Below are positions 1-12,849 of a stretch of 64,000 bases of DNA, piece by piece. Position 1 is the first letter of the stretch, and every line of letters begins with the position of its first letter. Below the pieces are notes generated by a model. That model saw only the letters and a list, made by a program, of their open reading frames with translations. It was not told where the DNA came from and ran no database searches. Made by a program: the position numbers and the translations under genes. The stretch is from assembly GCA_964016885.1 (NCBI GenBank), contig OZ024740.1:399404001-399468000 (forward strand), given 5' to 3'. This DNA comes from Eledone cirrhosa. Lineage: Eukaryota.

Positions 1-1002
1 ACACACACATATATGTATATGCACACATCTACACACACATAAAAAAAATGCAAAAATACATGTAAGAAAGCCTATAAAGATACACACCGGGCTGCACATG
101 CAAACATGCACCTTGTTGTACGTGCTGACAGAGCCGAAATTATGCCGCCAACGTTGATTAATCCACGTATAGACACCTCAAGTAAAGCCACATATGGGGA
201 GTTCATGACATTAATGTAAAGGGTATGCCCAGACCGTACACAGAAATTGCACGCGTGATATACAAAAAATGTATGCAGAATATATAAAAAAAATACATAC
301 ATCTGAATTATATAAGCATACAACTATACACATTAGCCTGCACATGGAAAAGTACATAGGGTGTTACGTAATGGAGTGCGTGGAGATAATGCACACTCCG
401 CCAAAAAGATACACATCCTTGTTTATTGGTATTAAGAATATAAAACAGAGCAACTTTTCTAGCAACGGAAACAAAATATAAAAGTTATAACTAAAATTGC
501 ATATAAGGAAATATTAAATTAATGAATTCATGTGTTTTAATGATAACTAATAGTATAATAATTTCAATAATACCATGATGTAATAATTATAATGATATAA
601 CAATGAAATGATTGTGATAATATTAATTCTATTTTCTTTCTCACCTATCCACCCAGAGGTGATAAATTACTTTGACAAAATTGTCTGAATGTACAAATAA
701 ATGTCAGAATAATTATTGTGTTTTAATTCTCAACAGCCGTAGAATTCCCACTTGTTCAGTTAGAAATAATATTAATATTACAGAGAAAATAAATTTGTAG
801 AAATTCTCATGTGTGTAGTAGTGCATATGTGTAGGAAACTCAGAAAACAATAGAAAAAACAAACTAAAATCGAAGAATATTGGATATCTTACCTCATTTT
901 GTATCAAATTATGATAGCCAAAAAAGCAAATATTTCTCTCTCTTTGGTAAACGGTTTATTTTTCTATATATTTATATATGCCAAAACGATACAGTACAAT
1001 GA

Positions 1003-1749
<747 letters not shown>

Positions 1750-1785
1750 TATGTATGTATGTATGTATGTATGTATGTATGTATG

Positions 1786-4700
1786 TTTTCTCTTTCTCTT
1801 AATTTCGAGTATATTTTTTTTTGACCGGCCACCTTCCTGGTGGCAAGGTTGTAAAAGAAAAGAAATTGTCATCCCTTGAATCGCAAGAATGTTTTGCATA
1901 TTTTGAAGGTGCCAGCTATCGCAGCCATTTGTAGACTATGAATTAGGGAGCTGCGCTTTTTGTCCGCAAATCCAAGTTCGGTCATACTTTGGTCCAAGCG
2001 GGTTGGTATATAGCCCGTAGCACCAATAATGATGGGTATGAAGCTAAAGGTGTATCTTGGATACTGGATTTGTAAGCTCCTCATCAATGGTCCGTAGATG
2101 TCCTCCTTCTCCTGTATTTTTCTGACAACGTTTACATCAAGTGGGCAGCTGATCTCCACAACAGAACACGTTTTCAATGTGTGGTCCCAAACTACAATAT
2201 CAGGCCGGTTGTGCTTTAATTTGGTGGCAGTTTTTATTTTCAGGTTCCACCAGTATTCCTTAGTGCCATCTGTCTCAATATATTCTTCCTCGTTTGTTGT
2301 TAATTTTGTTTTCCGAAGTGCGTTCCAGATAGTTCTAGCTATCCCATCGTGTCTCATGGGGAGGTAGTAGCGAGATGACATTCTTTCGCAGCTGGCAACA
2401 ATGTGGCTTACATCCTCGATCTTTGTTTTACATAGCCTACATTTATTGTCAGCTGCTGGCCCTCCTCTTTTGTGCAGCAGATATTTGGTAGGGAGTTCTT
2501 GTTCCTGTATTGCATAGAGATATCCCTCAAGGTGTGATGTCATAAACTTGTCGGAACTCCATGCCAGGCTTTTTGAGTGGTTTATCCCCTCTATGGTCTG
2601 TGTTTTACGCCTCAAGTATCCATGCACAACTTTCTCTGTAAATTGGTCAATTTTTTTTTCTTGTTTGAACATTGAATAGGATCTTCCGATTTCTCTGGGT
2701 GAGAGATTTATATCAGGCTTTATTCCATATCTCTCCTCCAGATCAGTCGCTATTCTAATGATATTTCTTTTTTCATGCTCATAAACCTGAGCAAGATGGT
2801 CGCCAACCTTTTTCCTCTGTTGAAGGTGTTGCTTCAGTGTTACTATCCGGGTCTCATATGTTGTTAATATTGATTTTAGACCCCGGCCACCTTCCTTGCG
2901 TGAGAAGTATAGCCTATCCACATCACCATTGATGTTAAAGTTCCCAGTAACACTGAGAAGTTTTCGAGTTCTAACATCCATCTCACTTAGTTCTTGCAAT
3001 GACCAGTTCAGTAGGCCAAATGTTGGCGTTAGAATTGGCACAGCATAGGTATTGTGGGCAATGTATTTGTTGTATGCTGACAGTTCTGATGACCATATTT
3101 TTTTTACTCTTCTGAGGTATTCAGTTCTGGTTCTCTCCTTATTTATGGGTCCATCATATCTGACATTCTCATCCTGTCCAAGATATCTGAAGTTGTCACC
3201 TGACTGCAGAGGTTGTATTGTCAGGCCGTTCATCTCTAGATTTCTAGAGGAGGGCACAGCTCTTCCACGTTTTACTGCCAAATATGCACACTTGGACTCA
3301 CCAAATTTCATTTTGATGTCGGTTGAAAATTGTGTAATGAGGTCCAATTGTTTCTTGATGTCATTGATATTTGGCCCATACAACCTCAGGTCATCAACAA
3401 AGAAAAGATGGGAGATACTTCTGGGCCCACTTCTTTGTCCACCTTGTTTCCTGAGTAGGTAAGATAGTGGATTCAGTGAGAGAACGAAGAGTAGTACTGA
3501 CAAGCTATCACCCTGAAAGATGCCCTTCTGGTAATGTATCCTATCAGTCTTAACCTGCTCCTTCTCACCTCTAAGGATCAAATTGGTGTACCAGTTCTTG
3601 GTCAGGCGTTCAACAGCAGCTACTAATGGTTGTGGGACTTTAGCTAACTGTAAAGCCTTAATAATCCACCCATGAGGTACACTATCAAATGCTTTTTGAT
3701 AGTCCAGCCACACGACAGTCATGTTTCTGCGATTCTTTGTTGTTTTTTCCTGAATCATTTTGTTAGTTAGTAGGTGATCTATGCAACCCCACACCTCCCT
3801 CTTTCCACCAGCTTGCTCAGGTGTTATGATGTTGTTGGTAGCACAGTGATCCTGTAAGAACAGGTTAAGGCACCCAGTATATAATTTATACATGATGTTT
3901 TGGCAGGCAATTGGGCGGTAATTTTTAGCAAGGGTGGTTTGGCTATTTTGGGGAATGAGGAGAGTAGTGGCAGTTGATAACCATCTGGGCAGTTCTTGTG
4001 TGCCCTTAATGGTTTCTGTAAACAGCCGTATGAGATCTTGCCGATAGAAAGTGAAATTCTTCAACCAGTATCCTGTAATGAGGTCTGGGCCTGGCGATTT
4101 CCTATTCGACATTTTCTGTAGAGCTGTTTCCAGTATTGACCCATCTATGTCATATTGTTTTGTCTGGACATGTTGGCAGTAGTCCTGTTCCAGTTGTTTT
4201 AGCCAATTAGCTTGTCTGTTGAATCCGTCATCCGTTTCCCATACAGATCTCCAGTAGTTCTCAACCTGTTCTTTTGAAGGGGTGTCGTTTACAGGGATTG
4301 AGCTTTTGCCACCGAAGCTGCGATAAACTGATTTATGATCTCTGGCAAACAATCTATTTAGCACTTGTCGTTTATGGGCTGTTGACTTATATTTTAGTCT
4401 TTCTGTTGTAGCTGTGAGTTGTTGTTTCAACTGGTGTAATTTGGAGTTCAAAGTTTTAAATTTGGTATCTCCAAATCGTCTCTCTAACTTTTTCTTTAGG
4501 TCTTCCTGGTGTCGTGTGAAGTTTCTCTCTATGTTGCATTTCATAACGACTGCGATGTGTGAGATACTTCGTCTCAGGGACAAAATTTTGGTTTTTAAAT
4601 TTCGCATCCACGCTGGTTCAGGCTTTCTGTTTGTATCTTGATTGCGTGGTTTTAGATGTGTGTTATATGATAGCAATGTGACAGCTGAAACATATAACAA

Positions 4701-5108
4701 AACATTGAGCGTTTCAAATGTCGTTTCTACACCTTTAGATCGTATAGCCTTCAGATAATTGCCAGCTATTTCGTTCACCGCTTCCAATTCCAATTTAGTG
4801 GGTTCTTTACTGACTCTAGTGTTGTATGGTCTGTCACTCACATTAAGGCTGTGTATCTCTTGAAACATATCGTTCCATATCACTTGTAGGGTGCCCACAA
4901 GTTTTTGGTGCTCTGTTTGTTCAGTAGAGTCATGAATTGCAGCCTCGTTGTTGATGTGGTGACAATTACTACTAGAGTCAGCTGACCTTTCTCGCTGTTC
5001 TTCAGTGGAAGTGGGATGGATTTCAGCAAAATTGTTGGTGAGCTGTTCACTGTTAGATTTAGCTGGCCATTCTCTTTGTCTGTCAGTGGAGGTGGGGTGG
5101 TTGTCTAC
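1786..5108 (-). mobile_element. R4/Dong-type RLE non-LTR retrotransposon, copy B (3.3 kb, 5'-truncated inside the ORF)
   Basis: Single long ORF and a 3' UTR of about 80 nt ending GAGAAAA directly into (CATA)n. No poly(A). (TATG)n at both junctions. Confidence 0.95.
1869..5108 (-). CDS. Reverse transcriptase + CCHC zinc knuckle + PD-(D/E)xK restriction-like endonuclease (N-terminus missing)
   Basis: RT motifs KSPGPD, NYRPI, DYQKAFDSV, GIFQGDSLS, FVDD, YLG. CRLC-x8-H-x4-C knuckle, then RHD and RPD-x13-E. I read the frame upstream of the listed start (4898) and found no stop up to the microsatellite at 5108. Confidence 0.93.
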   Translation of the reverse strand, partial: VDNHPTSTDRQREWPAKSNSEQLTNNFAEIHPTSTEEQRERSADSSSNCHHINNEAAIHDSTEQTEHQKLVGTLQVIWNDMFQEIHSLNVSDRPYNTRVSKEPTKLELEAVNEIAGNYLKAIRSKGVETTFETLNVLLYVSAVTLLSYNTHLKPRNQDTNRKPEPAWMRNLKTKILSLRRSISHIAVVMKCNIERNFTRHQEDLKKKLERRFGDTKFKTLNSKLHQLKQQLTATTERLKYKSTAHKRQVLNRLFARDHKSVYRSFGGKSSIPVNDTPSKEQVENYWRSVWETDDGFNRQANWLKQLEQDYCQHVQTKQYDIDGSILETALQKMSNRKSPGPDLITGYWLKNFTFYRQDLIRLFTETIKGTQELPRWLSTATTLLIPQNSQTTLAKNYRPIACQNIMYKLYTGCLNLFLQDHCATNNIITPEQAGGKREVWGCIDHLLTNKMIQEKTTKNRRNMTVVWLDYQKAFDSVPHGWIIKALQLAKVPQPLVAAVERLTKNWYTNLILRGEKEQVKTDRIHYQKGIFQGDSLSVLLFVLSLNPLSYLLRKQGGQRSGPRSISHLFFVDDLRLYGPNINDIKKQLDLITQFSTDIKMKFGESKCAYLAVKRGRAVPSSRNLEMNGLTIQPLQSGDNFRYLGQDENVRYDGPINKERTRTEYLRRVKKIWSSELSAYNKYIAHNTYAVPILTPTFGLLNWSLQELSEMDVRTRKLLSVTGNFNINGDVDRLYFSRKEGGRGLKSILTTYETRIVTLKQHLQQRKKVGDHLAQVYEHEKRNIIRIATDLEERYGIKPDINLSPREIGRSYSMFKQEKKIDQFTEKVVHGYLRRKTQTIEGINHSKSLAWSSDKFMTSHLEGYLYAIQEQELPTKYLLHKRGGPAADNKCRLCKTKIEDVSHIVASCERMSSRYYLPMRHDGIARTIWNALRKTKLTTNEEEYIETDGTKEYWWNLKIKTATKLKHNRPDIVVWDHTLKTCSVVEISCPLDVNVVRKIQEKEDIYGPLMRSLQIQYPRYTFSFIPIIIGATGYIPTRLDQSMTELGFADKKRSSLIHSLQMAAIAGTFKICKTFLRFKG

Positions 5109-5266
5109 ATGTATGTATGTATGTATGTATGTATGTATGTATGTATGTATGTATGTATGTATGTGTGTATGTGTGTATGTATGTATGTATGTATGTGTGT
5201 ATGTGTGTATGTATGTATGTATGTGTGTATGTGGTTGTCTACTATGTATGTATGTATGTATGTATG

Positions 5267-5295
<29 letters not shown>
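5109..5295. repeat. (ATGT)n/(GT)n microsatellite
   Basis: Directly visible; contains a 12-nt copy of the element junction at 5231-5242. Confidence 0.95.
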
Positions 5296-5297
<2 letters not shown>

Positions 5298-5760
5298 TTC
5301 AAGGATGTTTACTACATTGTGTGTATGTGTGCCAATTCATTTGAAAGTATTTATTTCCGTGTTAGAATTTATAGTATCAAATCAGATTCAGGTTTTTACA
5401 ATTTACGACTAGATATACACACAGAGACAAAGGTTAAGAATCATACGAATTCATTTTCAAGTAAATAACTCTATTTTTGTAAAAGGTGTTAAGGGCCTAT
5501 CATATTTCGATATATTAATCATTTTATCTTTAGATATATGTTAATGCAATGTTCTGTTAAAACATGATATATTCATTTAGATTCTGTTAAATTTCTGATG
5601 TATATATACTCTCTATCCCCTGAGTAAAGAGTCGTACCGAATATTCCTCCCACAGATAAAGTGTCGTACTGGTCCGATTCAATCCTAAACTTAAATAACG
5701 ATAGTAATAAATTAACACCGGGTTGTGTTGGTGTAAACCAAAGGTTCTCAAAGGGGGTAT

Positions 5761-5952
5761 ATACATACATCTAGGACCACATACAACACACAAGCAGGTA
5801 ATACATACAGCTGGAACCACATGCAATGCATAAGCAGGTAATACATACAGCTGGAACCACATGCAATGCATAAGCAGGCAGCACACACATCTGGGACCAC
5901 ATACAACAGACAGGCAGGTAACACATACATCTAGGACCACATACAAAACACA
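5761..5952. repeat. 40-bp minisatellite, about 4.8 copies
   Basis: Units start at 5761, 5801, 5841, 5881 and 5921 (ATACATACAkCTrGrACCACATrCAA...GCAGGTA). Confidence 0.9.
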
Positions 5953-5954
5953 TT

Positions 5955-8900
5955 GTATCATGTGCTACGAACGACACAAAAGCAATGGTCGGCCAACATA
6001 AGGTTTTCGTCACTCTTCTGAAGAGAAAATCCATCTGTAATCCATCTGATCGTCTTCGACGCCCAGGGTCTCCCCGAGAACGTCGTCGCTCTTTCCCTCC
6101 ACTAATCCTCTATAGAACGCCGAGGTGGATGTTCCACGATACTAGTGCCCAGCCGGTAGAGGGTGTGAGCGCTTGGAGACATTTCAGATTCCAAGCGCTA
6201 TCCCTCGGTCTTTTCCTGATCCAGGACTGCAGCTCCGTCAAGTCGACGAGCTGGGGAAAATAGCGTCTGGCAAACGGCGACCACACCTGTTCACCGTCAA
6301 GGAAGCACCAGAGATGTCGCAGACTCAGCGCATGTTTGCGCATCATCAGCCACGGCATGCCTAGTCCTCCAACCGACGGTCAGGCGGTAGCAGATGACGG
6401 ACGCTATGTACGCATTCGCCACCTCCGCCCGACCTTTCAGAGACACGGCATAAGCTGACACGGTTCTCCCGCATCCCAGTTCGCGTGGGACCCCCCCACC
6501 CTCATCGTCTCCAATTTGTGTAGTAAAGGCTCTAGGGCCAGTACGTACAAGAGGGACGAGAGGGGGAAACCCTGCCGGATGCTGAAAGGCTGCGACAGAT
6601 GGCCATTCACCCTCACAATCGAGCAGATGTCGCTGTGCATCGCAGCGATCCAGCCAATAAAAACGGGCCCGAAGCCGGCCGCCTCGAGGACCGCAGCCAG
6701 GTACCGATGGTCGACCCTATCAAATGCTTTAGATTGATCCAAGTTGATCAGGGCTCCACTCGTGCCAGGTACCTTAACCACCCTCTCTATGATGTATCGC
6801 ATGAGATGGAGGTTGTCGTGGATGGATCTGTCCGGGATGGCGCATGTCTGCGCGTCTCCCACCAGATCACCGACGACAAGCGCCAATCTTTTTGCTAACA
6901 CCTTGGCCAAAATCTTAAACTCTCCGTTTAGCAGAGTTATGGGCCTGAAGTTGTCTATAACGTCACCTTTGTTCGGGTCTTTTCTCAGAATAGCCACCGC
7001 TCCCCGGCTCACAAAACTGGGAATGCTCCCGTTCTGCTGCCAGTTGCAGTAGACATCTGCCAAGAGGTCGCCGAACATGTCTGGCATATACGCATAAAGC
7101 TCGCAGGGCAAACCATCCAAACCTGACGATTTACCCCTCGTGCAGTCAGACAACGCGCCCCGTATTTCACCTGCTGTTATCGGCTTTTCGCAGCACAGCG
7201 CTGCGGTCGTCGAGAGCCGCGGCAGTCCGTCGAGGTATGCACCGAAGTCCATACTCCGATTCAGCCTGCCGCCGCTCCCGAACAATTGAGCAAAGTGCTG
7301 TTGAAAAGCCACACACATCTGCTCGGGTTCGAGCAGCATGCACCCCGTTTTTATCAGGCAAAGACCGAATTGTGGACTTATTACCACGTCGCGCATCCAC
7401 CACCCGGGCCCAACGAACGGCTTTCGTCCCCTCGTGTCTTAGAGTACGCGTTCTAGCTTGACAACGCAGCCTTTATGCTTTGCGTTGAAGAATTGGTCGA
7501 GTGCCAATCTCGCCGCAAGCACTCCGGTTGCGATGCCTGTCCTAAACGCCTATTCAAGATTTCTAAGTAACTCTCACTCTACTCTATTTTCCTCTATCAC
7601 TACTTTGCTAAACCTTATCGATTCTACCCGTCAATGCACACTTAACTAATTCGCTAATCCGGTCTCTGTAAGCTTTGTGCTCCGGGAACGACGCGTTCAG
7701 CTTCCAGTAGCCGGGCCCTTGCCTATGGAGTCTATCTAAGTCAACTTCACAGATCACAAATTTGTGGTCCGTGTAGTCGACTACTTTAAATTGTGGACAA
7801 CCTACACTAGCCTTATCTGTTTCCCTACAGAATACCCTATCTAAATACGATCTGGATGACCGGATGCGGTTTGCCCATGTCCATATTGGCACATTCGGAT
7901 AATCCAGTCTGTACCTGTCAGACAGTTCAAAACGTCTGAGCAGGTTGGTGAGGCTTTTACACCCTCCTGCCCTGTCTACTAGCCCCACATAATCCCAGCG
8001 TGCATCTAAGATACCGTTCCAGTCGCTCACTAACACTAAAGAGCGGGACGTTCCAAGAAAGGTCTCTAGATGTCTGAAGAAATCTGGCCGTCCTGCCCCT
8101 GTTGGAGCGTAGACGGCTACTAGCCTGAAAGCATTGCGTTCACTGCCGGTCACGTCCAGCACCACCGACTTACCTTCTGGGTCGTATGGGGAGATCCAAG
8201 CCTCTCCGAAAAAGCACAGCAACTCCTCCCCCCGATCCTGGACGGCTGGGAGATGCGTATACATCGTAGCCGCCGAAGATCGGTGCGAAGGCTCGTGCTT
8301 CAGAGATTCTGGTCTCGCTGAAGGCCACCACATCTATGTTTAGTGACCTGAGGTCGTTGAGCAGGTGACCCTGCTTCCAAGATGACACTAGGCCACGTAC
8401 ATTTATACTGCCTATTGTAAGTACGGCCATGTTGGATGAGAAACGGGGTAAGTGAGAAAAGATCACTTACCTTGAGCGTGTGAGGAAGGGACAGTAGAAC
8501 CGTCCCTTTGGCTGGTCATGGGTGTTTCCAAGATGATGTCGGTGTATATCCTCTTGGTAACCGACCCTCTGAAGTCTGCAGCTGCGTTGGGGAAATTTTT
8601 CTTTTAAAAGTTTATAATGTTCTATTTTAATTTCAATGATGTTTATATTTTTCGGGAGAGTTCTTGGTGTTGGTGGGGTGTAGTAATGTTTTTCTGTGAT
8701 GTCTGTGTGCTGCTTTCTATGTTGTAAGAGTTCTTTATTTGCCATGTTTATGGCTGTGTACTTTTTGGGGGAAGAGGTGGTTTTGTTGCTGTTGGGTGCG
8801 TGTGCTTTGTTGTGTTTGCGATGTTGGTGTTTTGGGTGATGCTGGTGGTGGTGTGGTTGTTGTTGGTGGTGTTGCTGCAAGTCTTCTTGCAGTCTTTACC

Positions 8901-10572
8901 CCTCTTTGTTTGCCTTCGCTTTTGGAGGGTGAACCTAAGGATTTTTTTTTGTTTTTTGTGGCATACCGTTTGTCACTTCCCTCTTGCTTCATACTCCATG
9001 TCGGATTCCGTGGCGTCTGGGAGGGGTATGAGCTCCACTGCTGTTGGTGGTGGTAGTGGAGCCCGCTCCGGCGATTTTGCCGCCGGTGTAGCTACTGCGA
9101 TTGTTGGTGTTGCCGCTGTTTTAGTTGTCCGTGGCCTTGGTATGGGTGCCACGGACGTTGCCCTCCTACTCACCATGGAAGGGTCTTCTGCCTCTGTTGC
9201 TGCCCTGCTCTTGGTAGCAGCGGATCAGGCGTCGGAAGGAGGGGGGCCCTCTTCTTGGCTGTCTTCTGCGGGCAGAAGGCACTGAGGTGACCCTTCTGCC
9301 CACAGAGATAGCACTTTGGGCGCCCTCCTTCCACGCTTATAGGGATTTGGAGTCCTTCCTCGAGGTCTATGATATCTGGGATGGCCTCGATACACTCCTG
9401 GTCAGTTTGTATTAGCATTTGCTTGCCTATTCCTGACCAGTTCTCTCTTCCTATTCTCTGTATTTGCAGTATGGTAGTCTTCTCCTCGATTCCAGCAAGT
9501 ACAGACCAAGGTATGGGCACGTCGGGCGGGACCTGGGTCAATTTGACCCTCACAATTTTCTGACCGCAGTAGGAGGACATCAAGACTATCTCCTCACTCT
9601 TTAGGGTTTCCAAAGAGTGAGACTTCGCCTCTTGGGGAGTGGCGAAAAGTACGTCTACTGTGGCGTACTTTTTGCCTCGGGTGATGTGGGTTTTGCGCGC
9701 CCAGACGCAACCCAAGGTCTTTTGGATTTGAGCCTCCGTGGCTCTCTCCACCCGACGTGACATTTTGCTTACGATGGGGTAAGTCACCGTGCACAGCTGC
9801 TGGTCTTTGAAGAAATCGGGTGGAGGTTTCAGGGAAACTCTATTGTCATTTCTTGTCACCATGGCTCTTGCGACTGCCATCTCCTCCTCCGTGACTAGCA
9901 CTGTCTCTATATTTTGAGCCACACTTGCGAAAGAAGTGGTCCCTTTTTCAGCGGCACCATTATTGCTGCCGCTACTGCTGCTACTGGTCTTGTTGTTGGT
10001 GCTGTTGCTACAAACGGTGTTGTTTCTGTTATCACTGTTGTAGTTGGTTGTGTTTTTGGTGTCACCGTTGTTGTTTTCGGTGCAATTTGTATTGTTGCTG
10101 TTGGTGTTGTCGTTGTTTATTTTCTTGTTAGTGGTGTTAATATCGTTGTTGCATTTGTTGTCATTTTTTTCTGTTGTCTGTATTTTGGTTGTCGCTGTTA
10201 TTGTTGTAGTTGGTGTGGTAATTTTTTTTAAATTAGTGTTCTCAGTGTTGTTGTCTTTGTTCACGTTGTTTGTGGTGGTGTTTGTTGTATTAATCTCTGT
10301 GACCCTCCTCTCAACTTTTACGCCGTTGTCTCACGACAGCAGACATATTGGTGGGGGCTGGCTCAGCCATGTTTTTTTTATTTTTAAAAGTAAAATGTTC
10401 AAATATTGTTCAAATATTTGGGCAAAAAGGCCCAAATATTATACTTTCCCCTTCACAGGGCAAAGTCCAAGGGCTTATATCCCTTACACAACAAGAAAAA
10501 ATAAGCAACAAATAATTATAACAGGTAAAAAAGGCGACTTACTGGGAGCGAGCAAAAAGCGTCCGAACAGAC
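5955..10572 (-). mobile_element. L1/Tx1-clade LINE, decayed (ORF1 + ORF2)
   Basis: ORF1 with zinc knuckle CYLCGQKGHLSAFC (9170-10264, frameshifted downstream). ORF2 APE (SINVRGL, SET, VYAP, SYLD, TDH, GYWKLN) and RT (NFRPITLLN, LDQSKAFDRVDH, IRQGFPLS) are broken by frameshifts and a deletion near 6435. Confidence 0.88.
9170..10264 (-). pseudogene. Tx1-like ORF1 (Asn/Thr-rich N-terminus, gag-type CX2CX4HX4C knuckle)
   Basis: ORF track translation; lies upstream of APE-RT ORF2. Confidence 0.8.
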
Positions 10573-10578
10573 CAAAAA

Positions 10579-10772
10579 TAATAATAATTGTTTCTACTTT
10601 TGGCACAAGGCCAGCAATTATCCAGTGTATTACTGGTACTTTATTTTATCGAGCCCATAAGGATGAAAGGCAAAGTTAACCTTGGAGGGATTTGAACTCA
10701 GAATGGCAAGGGCCGTAACTCTATGCGTGAAAGCATGGCATCCGACCCTCTACCGATACTGCCAATTCACCA
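10579..10772 (-). mobile_element. tRNA-derived SINE (family 1)
   Basis: A-box-like TGGCAGTATCGG, B-box GAGTTCAAATCC, body GCCTTTCATCCTT...GATAAAATAAAGTACC and (ATT)n tail. Further copies at 35439, 36005 and 60050. Confidence 0.88.
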
Positions 10773-10800
10773 CCCTAATAATAATAATAATAATAATAAT

Positions 10801-12395
10801 CCTCGATAAGAGTGTTTAAATGTCGAACCTAAACAGTTCGAATAACGGTGAAAAGGAGACTGGAACGTTATGTGAAAGTGCTCCCTGGCCCAGCAGACCT
10901 GGCTGTCATCCAAATACTGCTGGTGTTGGAGGAAGAAGAAGGAATGGGACAAGAACCAACTGGACGAAAGAATTGAATAGAACTGTCATGAGATGTTATC
11001 TGAAGAGTAACCCCATGAAAAAAGGCTATAGGAAACGGAGGTATAACATCTGGAAGGAGATTGGTCTATTTAAATTAGGTGAACAAAAATTGGCTGGTCA
11101 GGCTCATGTAATAAGAACTAATGGATGGATAAGCGAGTTGGAACTGAGCAGAGAGATTAAGTTGGAAATGGAGAGTGGAGTATATCAAGCAAGTGAGTAA
11201 GTGGGAAATGAAGGTGAAGAAGTTGAGAGACCTAAGGAAGCAACCGAAGCAGACAATGATCTGAATGCTGAAATAAATAACATCTGGAATAAAGATACGG
11301 CCAAATGAATGCTGACGGGCTAGGGCAAGATTTTGTTGATATTCTGAACTTAGTGGTAGATGAAATGAACAATGATAGTGGAAAGCCTAAGATTTGTAGA
11401 CAGGAAAAAGTTAAAAGAACGACAGCTAAGGTAAACAAGGTCATCCGATACCTTGAGGCGAGGAACCTTTACCAATGCAACAACATCCTCAAAGCAACTG
11501 CAAATATGGTGAAAAGATTACTTGGTATAAAAACAAAAGGAAACAACAAACAAGTCAGAACCTTGGTGGAAGAAACGACTGAATGGTCAAATCAAGGAAA
11601 TGAGAAAAGACATTGGAAAGCTTGAGTCTTTACTGAATGGGACATTACAAAATATAGACACTAAAGATAGATTGAAAATAAAATACAAAACTAGGGGAAA
11701 AGAGCTAAGTGTTATCATAGAGGAACTGAAGCAACGCATTGTAGCTAAAAGTGCAAAGATTTGGTGGTATGAGAACAGAGTTAGTCAGTATAGACAGAAC
11801 CGCATATTTGACAACAACCAGATGTTGTTTGAGCAGCTTGAAGGGAAAGAAAGAGGTAACGATGTGATCCCTGAGGTTGAACAGACTAAGACATTCTGGA
11901 GATGAATATGGGAGCAGGATGAACATAATAGTCAGGCAGTGTGGATTAAGACAGTTCAAATCAACCTGATTTGAGCACCACAGCTGAAACTCTTAAAGGG
12001 CAGGCCAAAAAACTAACCAACTGGAAATCACCAGGCCCAGATGGTGTGCAAGGATATTGGATAAAAAATATAACATCCCTCCACCCAAAACTGACAGCCA
12101 TGTTCAATGACTGCTTGATGTCAGGTAAAGTACCAAAGTGGTTGACAAAAGGTGCTACAGTTCTGGTAATGAAAGACCGAATCAAGGGTAATGAGGTTAC
12201 CAACTATAGGCCTATCACATGTCTGTCCGTAATGTGGAAACTGTTAACAAGCATTGTGTCTGAGGAAATTTACTATCGCCTCCACATAAACAACTTGTTA
12301 CCGGACGAACAGAAAGGATGCCGAAAGAAGTCCCGTGGTACAAAAGACCAGTTACTTATTGATAAGATGGTAATGAGGAATTGCAAGAGGAGTTG
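10801..12395 (+). mobile_element. Second R4/Dong-type element, decayed 5' half, starting directly after (TAA)n
   Basis: N-terminal WTKELN..VMRCY...GYRKR...EQKL motif; RT start WKSPGPDGVQGYW, NYRPITCL, EQKGCRKKSRGTKDQLLID. Several stops and frameshifts. Confidence 0.85.
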
Positions 12396-12849
12396 GAGTC
12401 TTCTTTGATTTGTTTTGTGTAAGTTTATTTTTGTCTGGTACAAGGTTCCCATCTGCTTGTTGTGAATGTCAATACACTCCAGGCACCCACTGAAGCAGGC
12501 AGACGTTGGCGAGATGACACCATACTGTTTTGTGAGGAAGGTAATTGGACATCCAACAATTTGTATTTATGTATATAATTTGTGGGTGTGTAAATGTGTA
12601 TATGTGGTAGTGTGTGGGGTTGTTTGTATTTTTATTATTTCTTTTTAACTTTTAAATAACTCTTTTTTATTTATTTAATTTTATATTATTTATCTGGGAA
12701 AACCTATGGCTGCTGCAGCTACGTTTCTTTTTTTTATTGAGAGGACACACTGACAATCCTGCAGTTGATACAACTACAAAACATCTAGCATCTGTTTGTC
12801 ATTGGTTTCAAGCTGTTGATACACAGAGTAGTATGTGTGTAGCACAAAA

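Noticed and set aside
640-900. Minus-strand donor-like sites (GAG|GTAAGA near 891, TAG|GTGAGA near 644)
   Set aside because: No convincing acceptor or open frame could be paired with them.
5761-5952. CRISPR-like periodicity
   Set aside because: Contiguous tandem units with no unique spacers, no cas genes, and a eukaryotic context.
8735-10679. Hydrophobic or Cys-rich plus-strand ORFs
   Set aside because: Antisense shadows of the low-complexity Tx1 ORF1.
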